From IMG/VR virus record IMGVR_UViG_3300027779_000014: a stretch of DNA of 56,189 nt. One strand, 5' to 3'. This DNA is from an uncultured virus (IMG/VR IMGVR_UViG_3300027779_000014). Its lineage: Duplodnaviria; Heunggongvirae; Uroviricota; Caudoviricetes. Below the pieces are notes generated by a model, which saw only the letters and a list, made by a program, of their open reading frames with translations, was not told the origin of the DNA and did no database searches. Made by a program: the position numbers and the translations under genes. Positions 19,563 to 29,249 of the stretch are shown here, in pieces. Position 1 is the stretch's first letter; every line of letters begins with the position of its first letter.

Positions 19563-20438
19563 TCAATCCATTGAATAGGATTGGCCTCTGATTTCATCAT
19601 CTGGATCATCAATTGTTGATTGATAATCTACATATTCAGTTGTTCTGAATTGCATTATTGGTGTTTTTTTGTAATCTGGATTGGGTACAAGAACATCGTC
19701 CTTCAGAATTTCTTTCTTTAGGTCCCATTCTATATATCCATCAACACTTGGAAAACCGTTAAAATCAAATTTATCATAGATACCATCTAACAATGGATTA
19801 TCTTCTTTGATATGATATTTCCGTAAGTGGATGTATTTATCTTGATTTTGCTGATTTTCAATCGAGAAGAAAGGGTCAGCCCCAGTAGGAGTTTTACCCT
19901 CTATACAATTTTTCGTATACTTTTCAATCATTGATTCTACATCGTAATGTCCCGTCTTCTGAATTGAAGTAGTCTCTGATTCATAATCAATTTCATCGAT
20001 CCCGCCAGAATCATGCCCTCCGCTAAAAGATATACGGCACCATGCCCAACCTAGTTCTTTCATAAGCAAAAATCCTTTTTCAGATTGTTTTTTGTCGCTA
20101 GTGAAAAATGTATTGTTGGGGAATGCCGTACTAAATCTTTTAATTTCTCCTTTTAGTGTCAAAAGGGCATTTTCATTAGAGTTTGAATCTTTTTCTCCCT
20201 CTAATTGTAGCCTAAGATATGACTTTGATTCCCATTCTCGGGCCTCATTGTATTCTGGATAGGTCGATTCTTTCAGTCTTTTCTCGGCTCTTTCCAATCT
20301 TAGTATTTTGTCTTTTGTCATGTATTCAAGTGAAATTCCATAACTTTTAGTTTTCATTAATTCATCATCGTTCATATTGTTCCATTCAGGGAGAGTCTTA
20401 GACTCTACGAGAACTATATTTTCTTTGTATGCTGTCAT
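19563..20438 (-). CDS. hypothetical protein with FSGGHDSG (DUF6878-like) domain
   Basis: Shares FSGGHDSG and PSVxG with 24959..25816. Confidence 0.7.
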   Translation of the reverse strand: MTAYKENIVLVESKTLPEWNNMNDDELMKTKSYGISLEYMTKDKILRLERAEKRLKESTYPEYNEAREWESKSYLRLQLEGEKDSNSNENALLTLKGEIKRFSTAFPNNTFFTSDKKQSEKGFLLMKELGWAWCRISFSGGHDSGGIDEIDYESETTSIQKTGHYDVESMIEKYTKNCIEGKTPTGADPFFSIENQQNQDKYIHLRKYHIKEDNPLLDGIYDKFDFNGFPSVDGYIEWDLKKEILKDDVLVPNPDYKKTPIMQFRTTEYVDYQSTIDDPDDEIRGQSYSMD

Positions 20439-20447
20439 GGTCAGTAA

Positions 20448-20753
20448 TTACAAATGTAAGTTGGCGTAGCCAGCCTTTACAAATTTGGTAATTATTTTGA
20501 TTGCTTCCTTATTGGGATTTGCTGCTGCAGATAATTGGTTTTTCCAATGTAACGGAAATTCTTTATCTTGTATTTCCATTCCGAATAGTTCGTATCGTGC
20601 TTTACGCTGCGCTTGCCATAGTGCAATATATGTTTCAATCGCAATATTCGCTATATTTTCGTTTGTATCGGGAAGCATCTGGAATAATGCAGAGGCCTTT
20701 CGGCGCAATACATCTAGTTCTTCTCCTTTCTTTCTAATAAGTGCTGGTCTCAT
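20448..20753 (-). CDS. hypothetical protein
   Basis: Motif start at 20753. Confidence 0.7.
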   Translation of the reverse strand: MRPALIRKKGEELDVLRRKASALFQMLPDTNENIANIAIETYIALWQAQRKARYELFGMEIQDKEFPLHWKNQLSAAANPNKEAIKIITKFVKAGYANLHL

Positions 20754-20766
20754 GGTCAGTATTAGC

Positions 20767-21027
20767 CTAAAAAGGCAAGTCAAGTGCAATCTTCATGCTG
20801 TGGTCTGGATTTGACTTTACAATTTCATCCCAAAACGGAGATTCAATTATTGCTGATTTGCCACCTGTTTTGTTATAGGTCAAGTCCGTAACTCCATCTA
20901 CGATTAGCCAAGCCTGTAGAAAAAAACCAAAGGTGGGGCTTCTTTCGCCCAATAATCCTCCAGTATCAAATCCGTAAATCACATCAAAGTAATCGTCGTT
21001 TTCAACTTGTATCGTGTATCTGCTCAT
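20767..21027 (-). CDS. hypothetical protein
   Basis: GGTGATTAAATG archaeal SD. Confidence 0.7.
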   Translation of the reverse strand: MSRYTIQVENDDYFDVIYGFDTGGLLGERSPTFGFFLQAWLIVDGVTDLTYNKTGGKSAIIESPFWDEIVKSNPDHSMKIALDLPF

Positions 21028-21037
21028 TTAATCACCC

Positions 21038-21292
21038 TTATGTTTCTATTAGTCCACAGTCATTACAAACCATACCTATCATAGTATCGCTATAATTTAA
21101 GTGTGAACATATCTCGTCTTTCAAGTAATTGTCCCTCTCCTCTTCAGTTAAGAAGTAGTATTCGTCATCTGCGAATCCTAATCCTTTGTTTATGTCGGAG
21201 ATGATTTGTTCAACGGTGATTTCAATTTTCACACCTGCTGATATTCCATACAGTTTGTGTAGGCCTTTGTGGCCGTATGTTTTTTCTGTCAT
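21038..21292 (-). CDS. hypothetical protein
   Basis: Motif start at 21292. Confidence 0.7.
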   Translation of the reverse strand: MTEKTYGHKGLHKLYGISAGVKIEITVEQIISDINKGLGFADDEYYFLTEEERDNYLKDEICSHLNYSDTMIGMVCNDCGLIET

Positions 21293-21299
21293 GGTCAGT

Positions 21300-21401
21300 T
21301 TATTCGTCATCTAAATCCCATAATTCGAAGATGTATTCATCTTTTATTATTCGGAATCTCAATACTCCGAGGTCATCGGTTGGTTCAAACATTGCTTTCA
21401 T
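21300..21401 (-). CDS. small protein (33 aa)
   Basis: Fills exactly the space between two motifs: MKAMFEPTDDLG...DLDDE. Confidence 0.6.
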   Translation of the reverse strand: MKAMFEPTDDLGVLRFRIIKDEYIFELWDLDDE

Positions 21402-21411
21402 GGTCAGTTTC

Positions 21412-22302
21412 TCAATCATCGAAGCGCGTAAGGCCTGTTTGAATGTTCTCCATATCTAGTTCGATACAGACGGCATTTCGACCCGTTTTCAAACAAGCCT
21501 CGGCTAATCCAAGGCCGCCTGCGAATGGGTCGAGGACTATGTCGCCCTCGTCTGTACTGAATTGGAGCATATCTGCCAGTATTTCTATTGGCTTCTCTGT
21601 TTGATGCTTCTTTTTACTGTGACTTGGTCTAGTTGCTACTAGAACATCGTGAACATAGTGCTGTGGATTCGGCTTTCGCTTGAATCCACCCATGTTGTAT
21701 GGTTTTCCTTTGGAGTAGAAGAAGATGAGTTCGTGCCTCGCTCTTCCATAATACCCCATACCAATTTGCACCTTATCCCAAATCCAAGTCCTATTATATC
21801 TGAATCCAGCACCCATTGTTAATTGGCGCTGTTGTTCATTATAATCTGCTGTATCTCCGTACATTGATTGTCCGGCAGCAGGCATGAACACAAACATGTG
21901 TCCACTTGGCTTTAGCACTCTGAATAATTCATTTAGCAAATCTTCGTCAAGATCTCTTGTTTGGAAATCCCAACCACCTCTTCTGTTTCGTTCTCTAGCT
22001 GTTCCTGTTTGCATTTGCTTGTCTAAAGCAGAATACGGGGGATCAGTAATTATCGCATCAAAGTGATTATCGGGGAATGTTGGTAATGTTTCCCATGCGT
22101 CTCCTTCAAGAATGAGGGCTTGATTATCACCACAATGGGCAATATATACACCTCTTTCTATTCTTTGGAAGCACTTTCCTATATTTTCATTTAACCTTCC
22201 ACGAATAGTGGTAGGTAATTCTTCTCCGAAGTTTTGGTAGATCACTTGAAGCGGTTTAGGGTGCTCCAAGAATTCCATTAATCTTTTTCGTAGGCTTATC
22301 AT
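21412..22302 (-). CDS. DNA methyltransferase (N6-A/N4-C, beta class)
   Basis: ITDPPY, HQTEKP, GDIVLDPFAG. Confidence 0.9.
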   Translation of the reverse strand: MISLRKRLMEFLEHPKPLQVIYQNFGEELPTTIRGRLNENIGKCFQRIERGVYIAHCGDNQALILEGDAWETLPTFPDNHFDAIITDPPYSALDKQMQTGTARERNRRGGWDFQTRDLDEDLLNELFRVLKPSGHMFVFMPAAGQSMYGDTADYNEQQRQLTMGAGFRYNRTWIWDKVQIGMGYYGRARHELIFFYSKGKPYNMGGFKRKPNPQHYVHDVLVATRPSHSKKKHQTEKPIEILADMLQFSTDEGDIVLDPFAGGLGLAEACLKTGRNAVCIELDMENIQTGLTRFDD

Positions 22303-22309
22303 GGTCAGT

Positions 22310-22801
22310 TTACTCGAATCCTGATGTAACGGCTACGAAAGCAGCCTTAGCATCTTTTTCATTGAGTATTTCTTTTACAAATTCATATCCCGATGGAACA
22401 CCATCCCAGGCTCCTTCTGCCCATTCTTGTGCGTCACCGTCGCTAGAAATTGTAATTTCATCTCCTAAGTGGTGTTTGGCGAGCAACAAAGTTGCTGTAA
22501 CCAATCCGTCGTATTCCTTTCTCGCAGTCTTGCAGAAATTGAATACCATATCTTCGTCTTTTCTCCAACTACTTTGAATCGGTTTCCTTTCTAAGACGAA
22601 TGTTTCGTGTCCACCGTCGAAACGGATTTCATTATCCGTAATTGTAGGGTCGTTCCAGTGTTCGTATTGATTGTTTTGTTTAGCTCTTTCAATTATTGGG
22701 CTTTCTTCAAGCAGTTGCTTGGCATCCCTTGTCATATTATTCCATTTTTTATCGGACACTTTCTTGTCCTTTTTCATATACCAATAGTGTGTATATCCCA
22801 T
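22310..22801 (-). CDS. conserved phage hypothetical protein
   Basis: MGYTHYW...FCKTARKEYD...ISSDG. Confidence 0.8.
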   Translation of the reverse strand: MGYTHYWYMKKDKKVSDKKWNNMTRDAKQLLEESPIIERAKQNNQYEHWNDPTITDNEIRFDGGHETFVLERKPIQSSWRKDEDMVFNFCKTARKEYDGLVTATLLLAKHHLGDEITISSDGDAQEWAEGAWDGVPSGYEFVKEILNEKDAKAAFVAVTSGFE

Positions 22802-22810
22802 GGTCAGTTT

Positions 22811-23098
22811 TTATTCGTCTTCGTCCCGAGCGACTGGTTCTTTGCCGTCTGAGAACTTTGATTTGTCCCAAGACCATAATGCCTCGAATGCAAGATCGTC
22901 CTTTTGGTCGGGTTCTCCGATGTTAGGACAATACTCCAATAAAGTTTTGATTATTGTCATGGTGTAGCTTCTATCGAAAGCGATTGCTACGCCTTCGTGG
23001 TACCATTTCCCATGGTATTCTCCTAAATATGTAGCCTTATCATCATAATTTTGCCGCGCTTCGTCGATGGCGGCTTTCAACTGTTTTGTTGTTGTCAT
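22811..23098 (-). CDS. hypothetical protein
   Basis: Motif start at 23098. Confidence 0.7.
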   Translation of the reverse strand: MTTTKQLKAAIDEARQNYDDKATYLGEYHGKWYHEGVAIAFDRSYTMTIIKTLLEYCPNIGEPDQKDDLAFEALWSWDKSKFSDGKEPVARDEDE

Positions 23099-23106
23099 GG
23101 TCAGTC

Positions 23107-24162
23107 TTACATCATAAGAGCATGAAATGTTCTTTGTGTGCTTGTAGTGCTTGTCGAACCGCATTGGTTTGGACAAGGCCCACAGTCTGTTACACAACCT
23201 ATTACATGTGCATCTGCTTCTGTAAGTGCGTCTTTATCGTTAAAGTATTTTGGACCACCATAGACCCACCCTGTTTTGAGTTTTGTATTGCCATCTTCAT
23301 CTTTTAAGCCGTACTTTTTGGCTTTGTAAGATTTTGGATGTATCAATATGTCTTTGTCTATGTGTTCCATTCTAGGATCACTCCTTCTCATTTGCCAAGG
23401 GGTTTCAATTATTCTAATTCCTTCTTTTATAGTTAGATTGTAGAAAGCGTCTTGACCATGCCATAGGATATCTCCCATACCTTCTTCGATTGGTTGGTTC
23501 TTTTTCCAGGGGAATGTACATAGCCGCATGAATATCGATTCTTGCGGAGTCATTTTTTTGTATCTCCTGATAATGTCTATAATCACTGGAACTCGGGAAT
23601 TCGGATCGAATTCTCTAGTCCAGTCATACCCTGCTATGACGCTCCAATGTAGGATTGCGCCAGAAAGTGCTAACCTCCCTAGTTGTGATGGACTAGGTGT
23701 ATGCCAAAACTTGGTGATAATCACCATTCTTGAACCAGCCATGCTGACTGTTTCTGCTGCTTTGACTGTTAGATCCCAGTCATATGAGGGATCTCCCATT
23801 ACTCCGTTTCTAACCCATTCCTTCGGAATATCTGTTGTGCTTTTACTACACCTTTCTAAGTGTTTTAGCACATCAGTTTGAAGTTTTACGGGTTCGAGTA
23901 TTTGAGATTGTGGACTGTCGAACTTAATGGCCTGGAATGTGACTCCCATGGAGGATTCGGCATAACAACCGAAACATCCACCTTTGCAGCCTTTTACTGT
24001 GTCCATTATATTCTTGTCTGTTTTATTATTCTCATATAGTCTAATCACTTTGTTAGGGAAAGGCGTTAGTACCGTTCCAGAACCATTTACTTTTTGTGAT
24101 GTCTGCTTTGGTAGAACGGGTAATTCCCATTCTACTTGCAGTTTCATATTTTTTAGTATCAT
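23107..24162 (-). CDS. radical-SAM-like / gp88-like Fe-S protein
   Basis: CKGGCFGCYA (CxxxCxxC), RNGVMGDP, C-terminal CxxxCxxCxxxC. Confidence 0.6.
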   Translation of the reverse strand: MILKNMKLQVEWELPVLPKQTSQKVNGSGTVLTPFPNKVIRLYENNKTDKNIMDTVKGCKGGCFGCYAESSMGVTFQAIKFDSPQSQILEPVKLQTDVLKHLERCSKSTTDIPKEWVRNGVMGDPSYDWDLTVKAAETVSMAGSRMVIITKFWHTPSPSQLGRLALSGAILHWSVIAGYDWTREFDPNSRVPVIIDIIRRYKKMTPQESIFMRLCTFPWKKNQPIEEGMGDILWHGQDAFYNLTIKEGIRIIETPWQMRRSDPRMEHIDKDILIHPKSYKAKKYGLKDEDGNTKLKTGWVYGGPKYFNDKDALTEADAHVIGCVTDCGPCPNQCGSTSTTSTQRTFHALMM

Positions 24163-24177
24163 GGTCAGTTGGTTCAT

Positions 24178-24543
24178 TCATGTTAAGCACCTTCCTTCTC
24201 GGTGCCTATACAATACTTCATCGGATGTATCGCAATACACCCTAAGACAATGCTCGCAGTAGTCTGTCCCATTCTCCCTCAATGCTTCGCCCATTACTTC
24301 GTATGCTTTACGCAACTTCTTGTATTCTGCTAGAATAAGTGGTGCGTCTGCCATCAGGCATCCGTTTATTTGCAATTGTTCTGGTGATTGGTTGTGTTCG
24401 TGCATTTTGCATATACTCTTCCCTTCTGGTTCTGGGATCATTATTTGTGGCGCGTAAATATACGCTTCATCTCCCCAGAGTTCGAGGTCCCAAGGCCCTT
24501 TTGTGTGGCCTTCATATTTACTCAAGTTTATTCTAATTGTCAT
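24178..24543 (-). CDS. hypothetical phage protein
   Basis: HTKGPW...LMADAP; motif start at 24543. Confidence 0.75.
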   Translation of the reverse strand: MTIRINLSKYEGHTKGPWDLELWGDEAYIYAPQIMIPEPEGKSICKMHEHNQSPEQLQINGCLMADAPLILAEYKKLRKAYEVMGEALRENGTDYCEHCLRVYCDTSDEVLYRHREGRCLT

Positions 24544-24706
24544 GGTCAGTTGTGGAGTCTTCTTCAACTCCATCATGGTCTATTTCTAGTAAAGCCATGC
24601 CCATGAAAATTATATTTTCTATGAATTGCCAGTCCTCAACGCCACCGCCTAATATCTTAGCGTGGCTGATCAAGTCTTCCACTATCTCTTCTCTCGTTTT
24701 TGTCAT
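24533..24706 (-). CDS. small hypothetical protein (57 aa)
   Basis: Motif start at 24706. Confidence 0.6.
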   Translation of the reverse strand: MTKTREEIVEDLISHAKILGGGVEDWQFIENIIFMGMALLEIDHDGVEEDSTTDHDN

Positions 24707-24714
24707 GGTCAGTC

Positions 24715-24948
24715 TTATGTTCCAATTATTGCTATTTGAGAATCATCGTCGTGTAGGTATTTGTGCTGGGCCAGAAATCCTCCGCAAGCAGAGATTGTTC
24801 CTATCATGTGCCCATCGCAGTGAGAACAGTATCTTTCTGTTACTGCTTCTGTCCTTTTACCTGTTTTATCTGTTATTGTTACGAGTTTTCCAATTAGTTT
24901 ATGTGTGTATTCTTCGAATACTTCACCTGTTTCGGTAATAATCTTCAT
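24715..24948 (-). CDS. small zinc-binding protein
   Basis: Motif start; CSHC...HKYLH. Confidence 0.7.
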   Translation of the reverse strand: MKIITETGEVFEEYTHKLIGKLVTITDKTGKRTEAVTERYCSHCDGHMIGTISACGGFLAQHKYLHDDDSQIAIIGT

Positions 24949-24958
24949 GGTCAGTTAT

Positions 24959-25816
24959 TCAGTAACTTCTTCCATATACTGAATATTCTATATCATATGG
25001 TTCCCAGGGGTCATCTGGATCTTCATCTTCATCTTCCGAAGGTTCCGCATAGTAGGTCACTACCCCATTAACTGAGGGGTGATTAGCGAAACTTCCAAAG
25101 TTTTCAGTTAGAGATCTGTTCAAAGGGCTATACATACTTATGTATCTAGCATTCATTAAAGTTGCAAGATTGAGTATTTTTCCTTTGGTTTCCCAACCGG
25201 ATGGAGTTAGAGTATGGTTGTCAAATCGACAACTATAAACTTCTAATTCGTTTATATTTAATGGGTGTTTAATGCCCTCCATATCTCCTTTCTTTGTATA
25301 AGTAACTGATTCAAAATAACCTGAATCATGTCCTCCTGAAAACGCGGCTTCGATGTTTTGCCATTCGTTTCTCTTTACAAATTCTCTCATTGCTTTATGA
25401 GGTTCGTCTCCATCTTGTTTCCATAGGGCAAGAACGCTTTCTTTTGCTATTTCCCACTCTTTTTGATTTAGAAATCCTTCTCCTGGATACACTGTTTGAT
25501 TCTTAATGGTCAGAAGGGCTTCTTCTGTCCTTCTGTCATTTACTTCTGAGGTAGTCAAAGTTTCGAACTTTTCTATCTCTTTCTTGTAACCTTCTATCAA
25601 TGGCTGTTGCCACTCGGAAGGTTTTGGATTGTTTACTGCATTTCTAAGCCGTTCCATATCCCTGTTTGTTTTATCATTTAATGAAGAAATAATATCCGCG
25701 AATGATTGAGTATTTTTCAATTCTTCATCGGAAAGGGCTCTCCATTGTTTTTCAGTCATATTTTCAATAGTGAATTTTGTTAATTCAATACCGAGTATTT
25801 CACTTAATAGTGTCAT
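24959..25816 (-). CDS. hypothetical protein with FSGGHDSG (DUF6878-like) domain
   Basis: Motif start; paralogous motif. Confidence 0.7.
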   Translation of the reverse strand: MTLLSEILGIELTKFTIENMTEKQWRALSDEELKNTQSFADIISSLNDKTNRDMERLRNAVNNPKPSEWQQPLIEGYKKEIEKFETLTTSEVNDRRTEEALLTIKNQTVYPGEGFLNQKEWEIAKESVLALWKQDGDEPHKAMREFVKRNEWQNIEAAFSGGHDSGYFESVTYTKKGDMEGIKHPLNINELEVYSCRFDNHTLTPSGWETKGKILNLATLMNARYISMYSPLNRSLTENFGSFANHPSVNGVVTYYAEPSEDEDEDPDDPWEPYDIEYSVYGRSY

Positions 25817-25825
25817 GGTCAGTAG

Positions 25826-26074
25826 TCATGGTTTTTTTTTCCATGATTGTTTTATTACAACTGCTTTCATTTCGATGTAAGCGAAATATCCACATATTGA
25901 ACATAAGGCTTCATATTCACGCCCCCAGCGATCGTAATTTGTGCAATTGAATCCTTCTTCGTCTTCCGAATCTTCGAACCATGGAGCTTCACATGCTGGG
26001 CATGATGAGCCGTGTCCTACTTCGTTGAAATCATCCCCTTCTTTATACGGGAACTTCTTTACTTCTTCTGTCAT
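25826..26074 (-). CDS. zinc-ribbon protein
   Basis: CPAC...CSIC. Confidence 0.7.
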   Translation of the reverse strand: MTEEVKKFPYKEGDDFNEVGHGSSCPACEAPWFEDSEDEEGFNCTNYDRWGREYEALCSICGYFAYIEMKAVVIKQSWKKKP

Positions 26075-26083
26075 GGTCAGTAT

Positions 26084-26419
26084 TTAATCATATTTTTGAT
26101 TAGGAAATTCATCCCTATATTCCTTTATACTTACAATGAAATGTAAGTAGGGTTTCCAACTTCCGTAAGGAAAAATGATGAAATCTACATTATCACCTAT
26201 GATGGCATCTTCTAGTAGAATTGCACCCCATGATTCATCATCGTATGGTGTGTGTGGTGTGTGTAGTTCATCGATTACTCCCTCTGCTTCCTTCTGCGCT
26301 TCCTCTTGAGTGGCGTATGTGCGTAGGAGGCCGTCAATAACATCACAAGCACACCATCCAAACAATTGGTTTTCTGCTACGACCCAAACTTTTGCTGGGT
26401 CTAATTTTTTTATACTCAT
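26084..26419 (-). CDS. hypothetical protein
   Basis: Motif-started ORF. Confidence 0.75.
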   Translation of the reverse strand: MSIKKLDPAKVWVVAENQLFGWCACDVIDGLLRTYATQEEAQKEAEGVIDELHTPHTPYDDESWGAILLEDAIIGDNVDFIIFPYGSWKPYLHFIVSIKEYRDEFPNQKYD

Positions 26420-26425
26420 GGTCAG

Positions 26426-26743
26426 TTATCTGCAATGTTCGCAGTAATCTTGTTTTTGTTCGCTTTGGTAATCGCGGTCTGAGGGACTAAGCATACTAAC
26501 TTCTTCCCAACAATCTTCGCAACAAAGGAATGCTGAACCTTCACCACCCATGTAACCAACAATTGCTTTTTCACCGCAATTGTCGCACATGAAATGAATA
26601 TCGCATTCATCATTTGCACAAGTATTGTTTGCGCCGCTATTCATTGTAGCGTCGACGCATTTTTCGCATACTCCGCCGTCAGGCGTTAATCTTTCACATA
26701 CCCATACTTCGCATTGTATGGGAATCTCTGATAATTTTATCAT
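26426..26743 (-). CDS. Cys-rich protein
   Basis: Motif start; multiple CxxC. Confidence 0.7.
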   Translation of the reverse strand: MIKLSEIPIQCEVWVCERLTPDGGVCEKCVDATMNSGANNTCANDECDIHFMCDNCGEKAIVGYMGGEGSAFLCCEDCWEEVSMLSPSDRDYQSEQKQDYCEHCR

Positions 26744-26758
26744 GGTCAGTAGGTGAAA

Positions 26759-26983
26759 TCACTCTATTAAGTGTGATAACACATAATCAAGGGGCATCCA
26801 TCTGTCGCCGCATTCGTTTAGGAACATATGCTCTTCAAACGGTCCGTCTGTGAAAGTACCCACATCTCCTGCCCAAAGGATAGAATGTATAATGAATATA
26901 TCATTAGGTAGATCGTCTCCGTAGTCTACAACCCATTCTACTTTTTTTCCTAAGTGTTTTTTATATTTTTCAATATCTGTCAT
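26759..26983 (-). CDS. hypothetical protein
   Basis: Motif-started ORF. Confidence 0.7.
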   Translation of the reverse strand: MTDIEKYKKHLGKKVEWVVDYGDDLPNDIFIIHSILWAGDVGTFTDGPFEEHMFLNECGDRWMPLDYVLSHLIE

Positions 26984-26991
26984 GGTCAGTA

Positions 26992-27348
26992 TTAGGCTTC
27001 AAGGCCTAATTCTTTGGCGGTTTTACCGCCTCGTATCATCCAATCTGCTGGTTTGATAGTTTTCATCCAATCTGCTGGAGTCGGAACAAATCCGAAATCT
27101 TCCATAAGATGCTGTTCTCCTATCCATCTTGTTGGTACTTCTTTTCCTGTGCTTTTCACAGTCCACATTGAGCCAAAGACTTGTTCGCAGATTGTGATTC
27201 CTAGTGTGTGATGTAGTATCGATCTATGGGTGAAATTCCATCCATGTTCTTTTGATTGGTCGAACCATTCGTGTATGGACATATAATCTTCCGGCTTTCC
27301 GCCCCATTTCTTAACTGAACTCATCGCATGATGTATTGCTGTACTCAT
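26992..27348 (-). CDS. DUF6915-like protein
   Basis: HHAMSSVKKWGGKPEDY..IHEWFD.SK...HRSILHH...GEQH.MED; variant motif ACTTATC|ATG. Confidence 0.75.
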   Translation of the reverse strand: MSTAIHHAMSSVKKWGGKPEDYMSIHEWFDQSKEHGWNFTHRSILHHTLGITICEQVFGSMWTVKSTGKEVPTRWIGEQHLMEDFGFVPTPADWMKTIKPADWMIRGGKTAKELGLEA

Positions 27349-27366
27349 GATAAGTTCGGATTGACC

Positions 27367-27404
27367 AAAAAAAAGTGCCGAGACACCCATATTGGTGCCT
27401 CGGC
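27367..27404 (-). terminator. stem-loop plus U-tract, putative terminator
   Basis: GCCGAGGCACC-AATATG-GGTGTCTCGGC then ACTTTTTTTT on minus strand. Confidence 0.65.
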
Positions 27405-27414
27405 TTTATTTTAG

Positions 27415-27687
27415 TCATTGGCTCAATTCATCCCATAATTCGAGATTGATTGTGCCGTGGTAACTATCTGCCCAATTGGCAGAATAGTATTTTTCATCAT
27501 TTGTTATTGGATCATCATAAGGACTGCTTTGGTCTAGTTCCCATAATAGAATCTGTTCCTTTACATTCTTTGATGCCCTTTTCTTTTGGTATTCATTACC
27601 AAATTTAATGTCTTGTTCTAGTTTTTTGAAGTACCTTGACTTGGTACTTATGTCTGTTGCTGCTGTTGCTGCTTTTCGATTCGACAT
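27415..27687 (-). CDS. hypothetical protein
   Basis: Variant ACTGACCA|ATG. Confidence 0.7.
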   Translation of the reverse strand: MSNRKAATAATDISTKSRYFKKLEQDIKFGNEYQKKRASKNVKEQILLWELDQSSPYDDPITNDEKYYSANWADSYHGTINLELWDELSQ

Positions 27688-27696
27688 TGGTCAGTA

Positions 27697-28119
27697 TCAC
27701 TTGTAAATTATTTTATTAAGTGCAGAAAGCGGAACAATTTTTTCAACAAATAATTTGGAATTTTTGTGTTCCCATGGCTGAAAATTGTATTGTTCTGTTT
27801 CTCTGTCCCATATTCCTACGCTTAGATTTAGCCCTAGTTTGACACAGGCGTTTACTGTCCCGAATAGGGCAGAAGTAAGGCCTGATGCGTAAAGAGCTAC
27901 TTGTAAATCGTGAAATATGGTTGGATCTTCCTCATAAATTGATTGAATCCTTTTTGTTGCTTTAGCATAGTAAGAATCCGGATTTTTTGGATCTAACTTG
28001 TTAGGATGAACGGGGTCCTTGACCTTACTCTCGTCGAAAACGAGATAGTCAATTGGTGTTCCGTCATTCTTGTTTGGTTGATGCCCTGGTCGGGGCATTA
28101 ACAATATGTGCAATGTCAT
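27697..28119 (-). CDS. hypothetical Rossmann-like protein (possibly CARF/Csx3-like)
   Basis: ACTTACC start at 28119; LYASGLTSAL...WDRETEQY. Confidence 0.6.
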   Translation of the reverse strand: MTLHILLMPRPGHQPNKNDGTPIDYLVFDESKVKDPVHPNKLDPKNPDSYYAKATKRIQSIYEEDPTIFHDLQVALYASGLTSALFGTVNACVKLGLNLSVGIWDRETEQYNFQPWEHKNSKLFVEKIVPLSALNKIIYK

Positions 28120-28202
28120 GGTAAGTAGGCACATAGGTAGTGGTGTGCCTTCCACTGCCCCGAAGGGTCTTGCTTTTTGCCAATTAAGGCTAACGAATTT
28201 GA

Positions 28203-29249
28203 TTATTCGGCTTCCAGTACAAGGTAGTCAACATTTGACTTTTCTCTTACTTTCTGGGTCATATTCTTGGAGATTATCTCAGAAAGGTGTTGTTCCCCTT
28301 TCTTGAGCAATTCTGCTGCGGCTTCTTGATTTATTTTTATGTTGTTTGAGAGCCATTGCTTCTCCGATTTGTCCCAGTCACCTGGATTGCTTGATAAATC
28401 GTTTTTGCAAACATCTGATTCGATGCGTGGTTGCTGTTTTTTCCGATAAAATCTTGTTCTTCTTTGAGGAGGGGCGTGCGAAAGTGATCTTTTAACCCTA
28501 TTAGAATGTTTAACATTTCCTTCTAGGATTGATTCACAAAGTTCACACTTGCCTCTACGGGTGCCCATGATTTCAGAATTCCTTTTCCTGATGTGGCAAC
28601 CTTTCTCTTTAGTAACTTTTTTCAAATGCAGTTTTTCGTCATTCAAACGAGCCTTTGCTCTGCGTGTACGAGAAGATTCTAATTTCTTGGACCTTCTCTG
28701 CATAGCATCTACCCAATTATAGGGTACTTGCGGCGTTCTCGTAGAAGTAGCCATGGCTTCCGCTTTGGGCGGGGCTTCGGATTTGACAACCATCGTGGTT
28801 GCTGTGAATCGTACTGGCTTGAATCTTCCATCGAGTTTCCCTTGTTTATTTGTAGGGATCTCTTCGTTCCATTCTACTTTGCATTTTGCCAATTGTATAA
28901 CTTTTTCAGTCACATGACCGTCATTAGATGCGTCATAAAACAAATTCAATGCATAGTTAATTTTTTGTACTAACACATTCGGTGTCAGCATCTTAGCATT
29001 TTTATTCAGTATTACTACATCTTCTTCTTCGGTAGTGAGGTTATCCAAGTATGGCTTTATTATCGAAATCAATATTTTTAGGTAAGATGCTCTTCTTAGA
29101 GCACTTTTGCCTGCACCGGAATTACGCTTACTTATTTTCATAGCGCGTTTCCTTATGGCGGCTTCTCTTTCAGTTAGAGAAGAGATGCGGCCATTTTGGC
29201 TTGCAATTTCGTTCATTATTGGTTCATTATTCGTGCATTTATCTTGCAT
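28203..29249 (-). CDS. basic hypothetical protein (348 aa)
   Basis: Motif start; K/R-rich. Confidence 0.75.
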   Translation of the reverse strand: MQDKCTNNEPIMNEIASQNGRISSLTEREAAIRKRAMKISKRNSGAGKSALRRASYLKILISIIKPYLDNLTTEEEDVVILNKNAKMLTPNVLVQKINYALNLFYDASNDGHVTEKVIQLAKCKVEWNEEIPTNKQGKLDGRFKPVRFTATTMVVKSEAPPKAEAMATSTRTPQVPYNWVDAMQRRSKKLESSRTRRAKARLNDEKLHLKKVTKEKGCHIRKRNSEIMGTRRGKCELCESILEGNVKHSNRVKRSLSHAPPQRRTRFYRKKQQPRIESDVCKNDLSSNPGDWDKSEKQWLSNNIKINQEAAAELLKKGEQHLSEIISKNMTQKVREKSNVDYLVLEAE

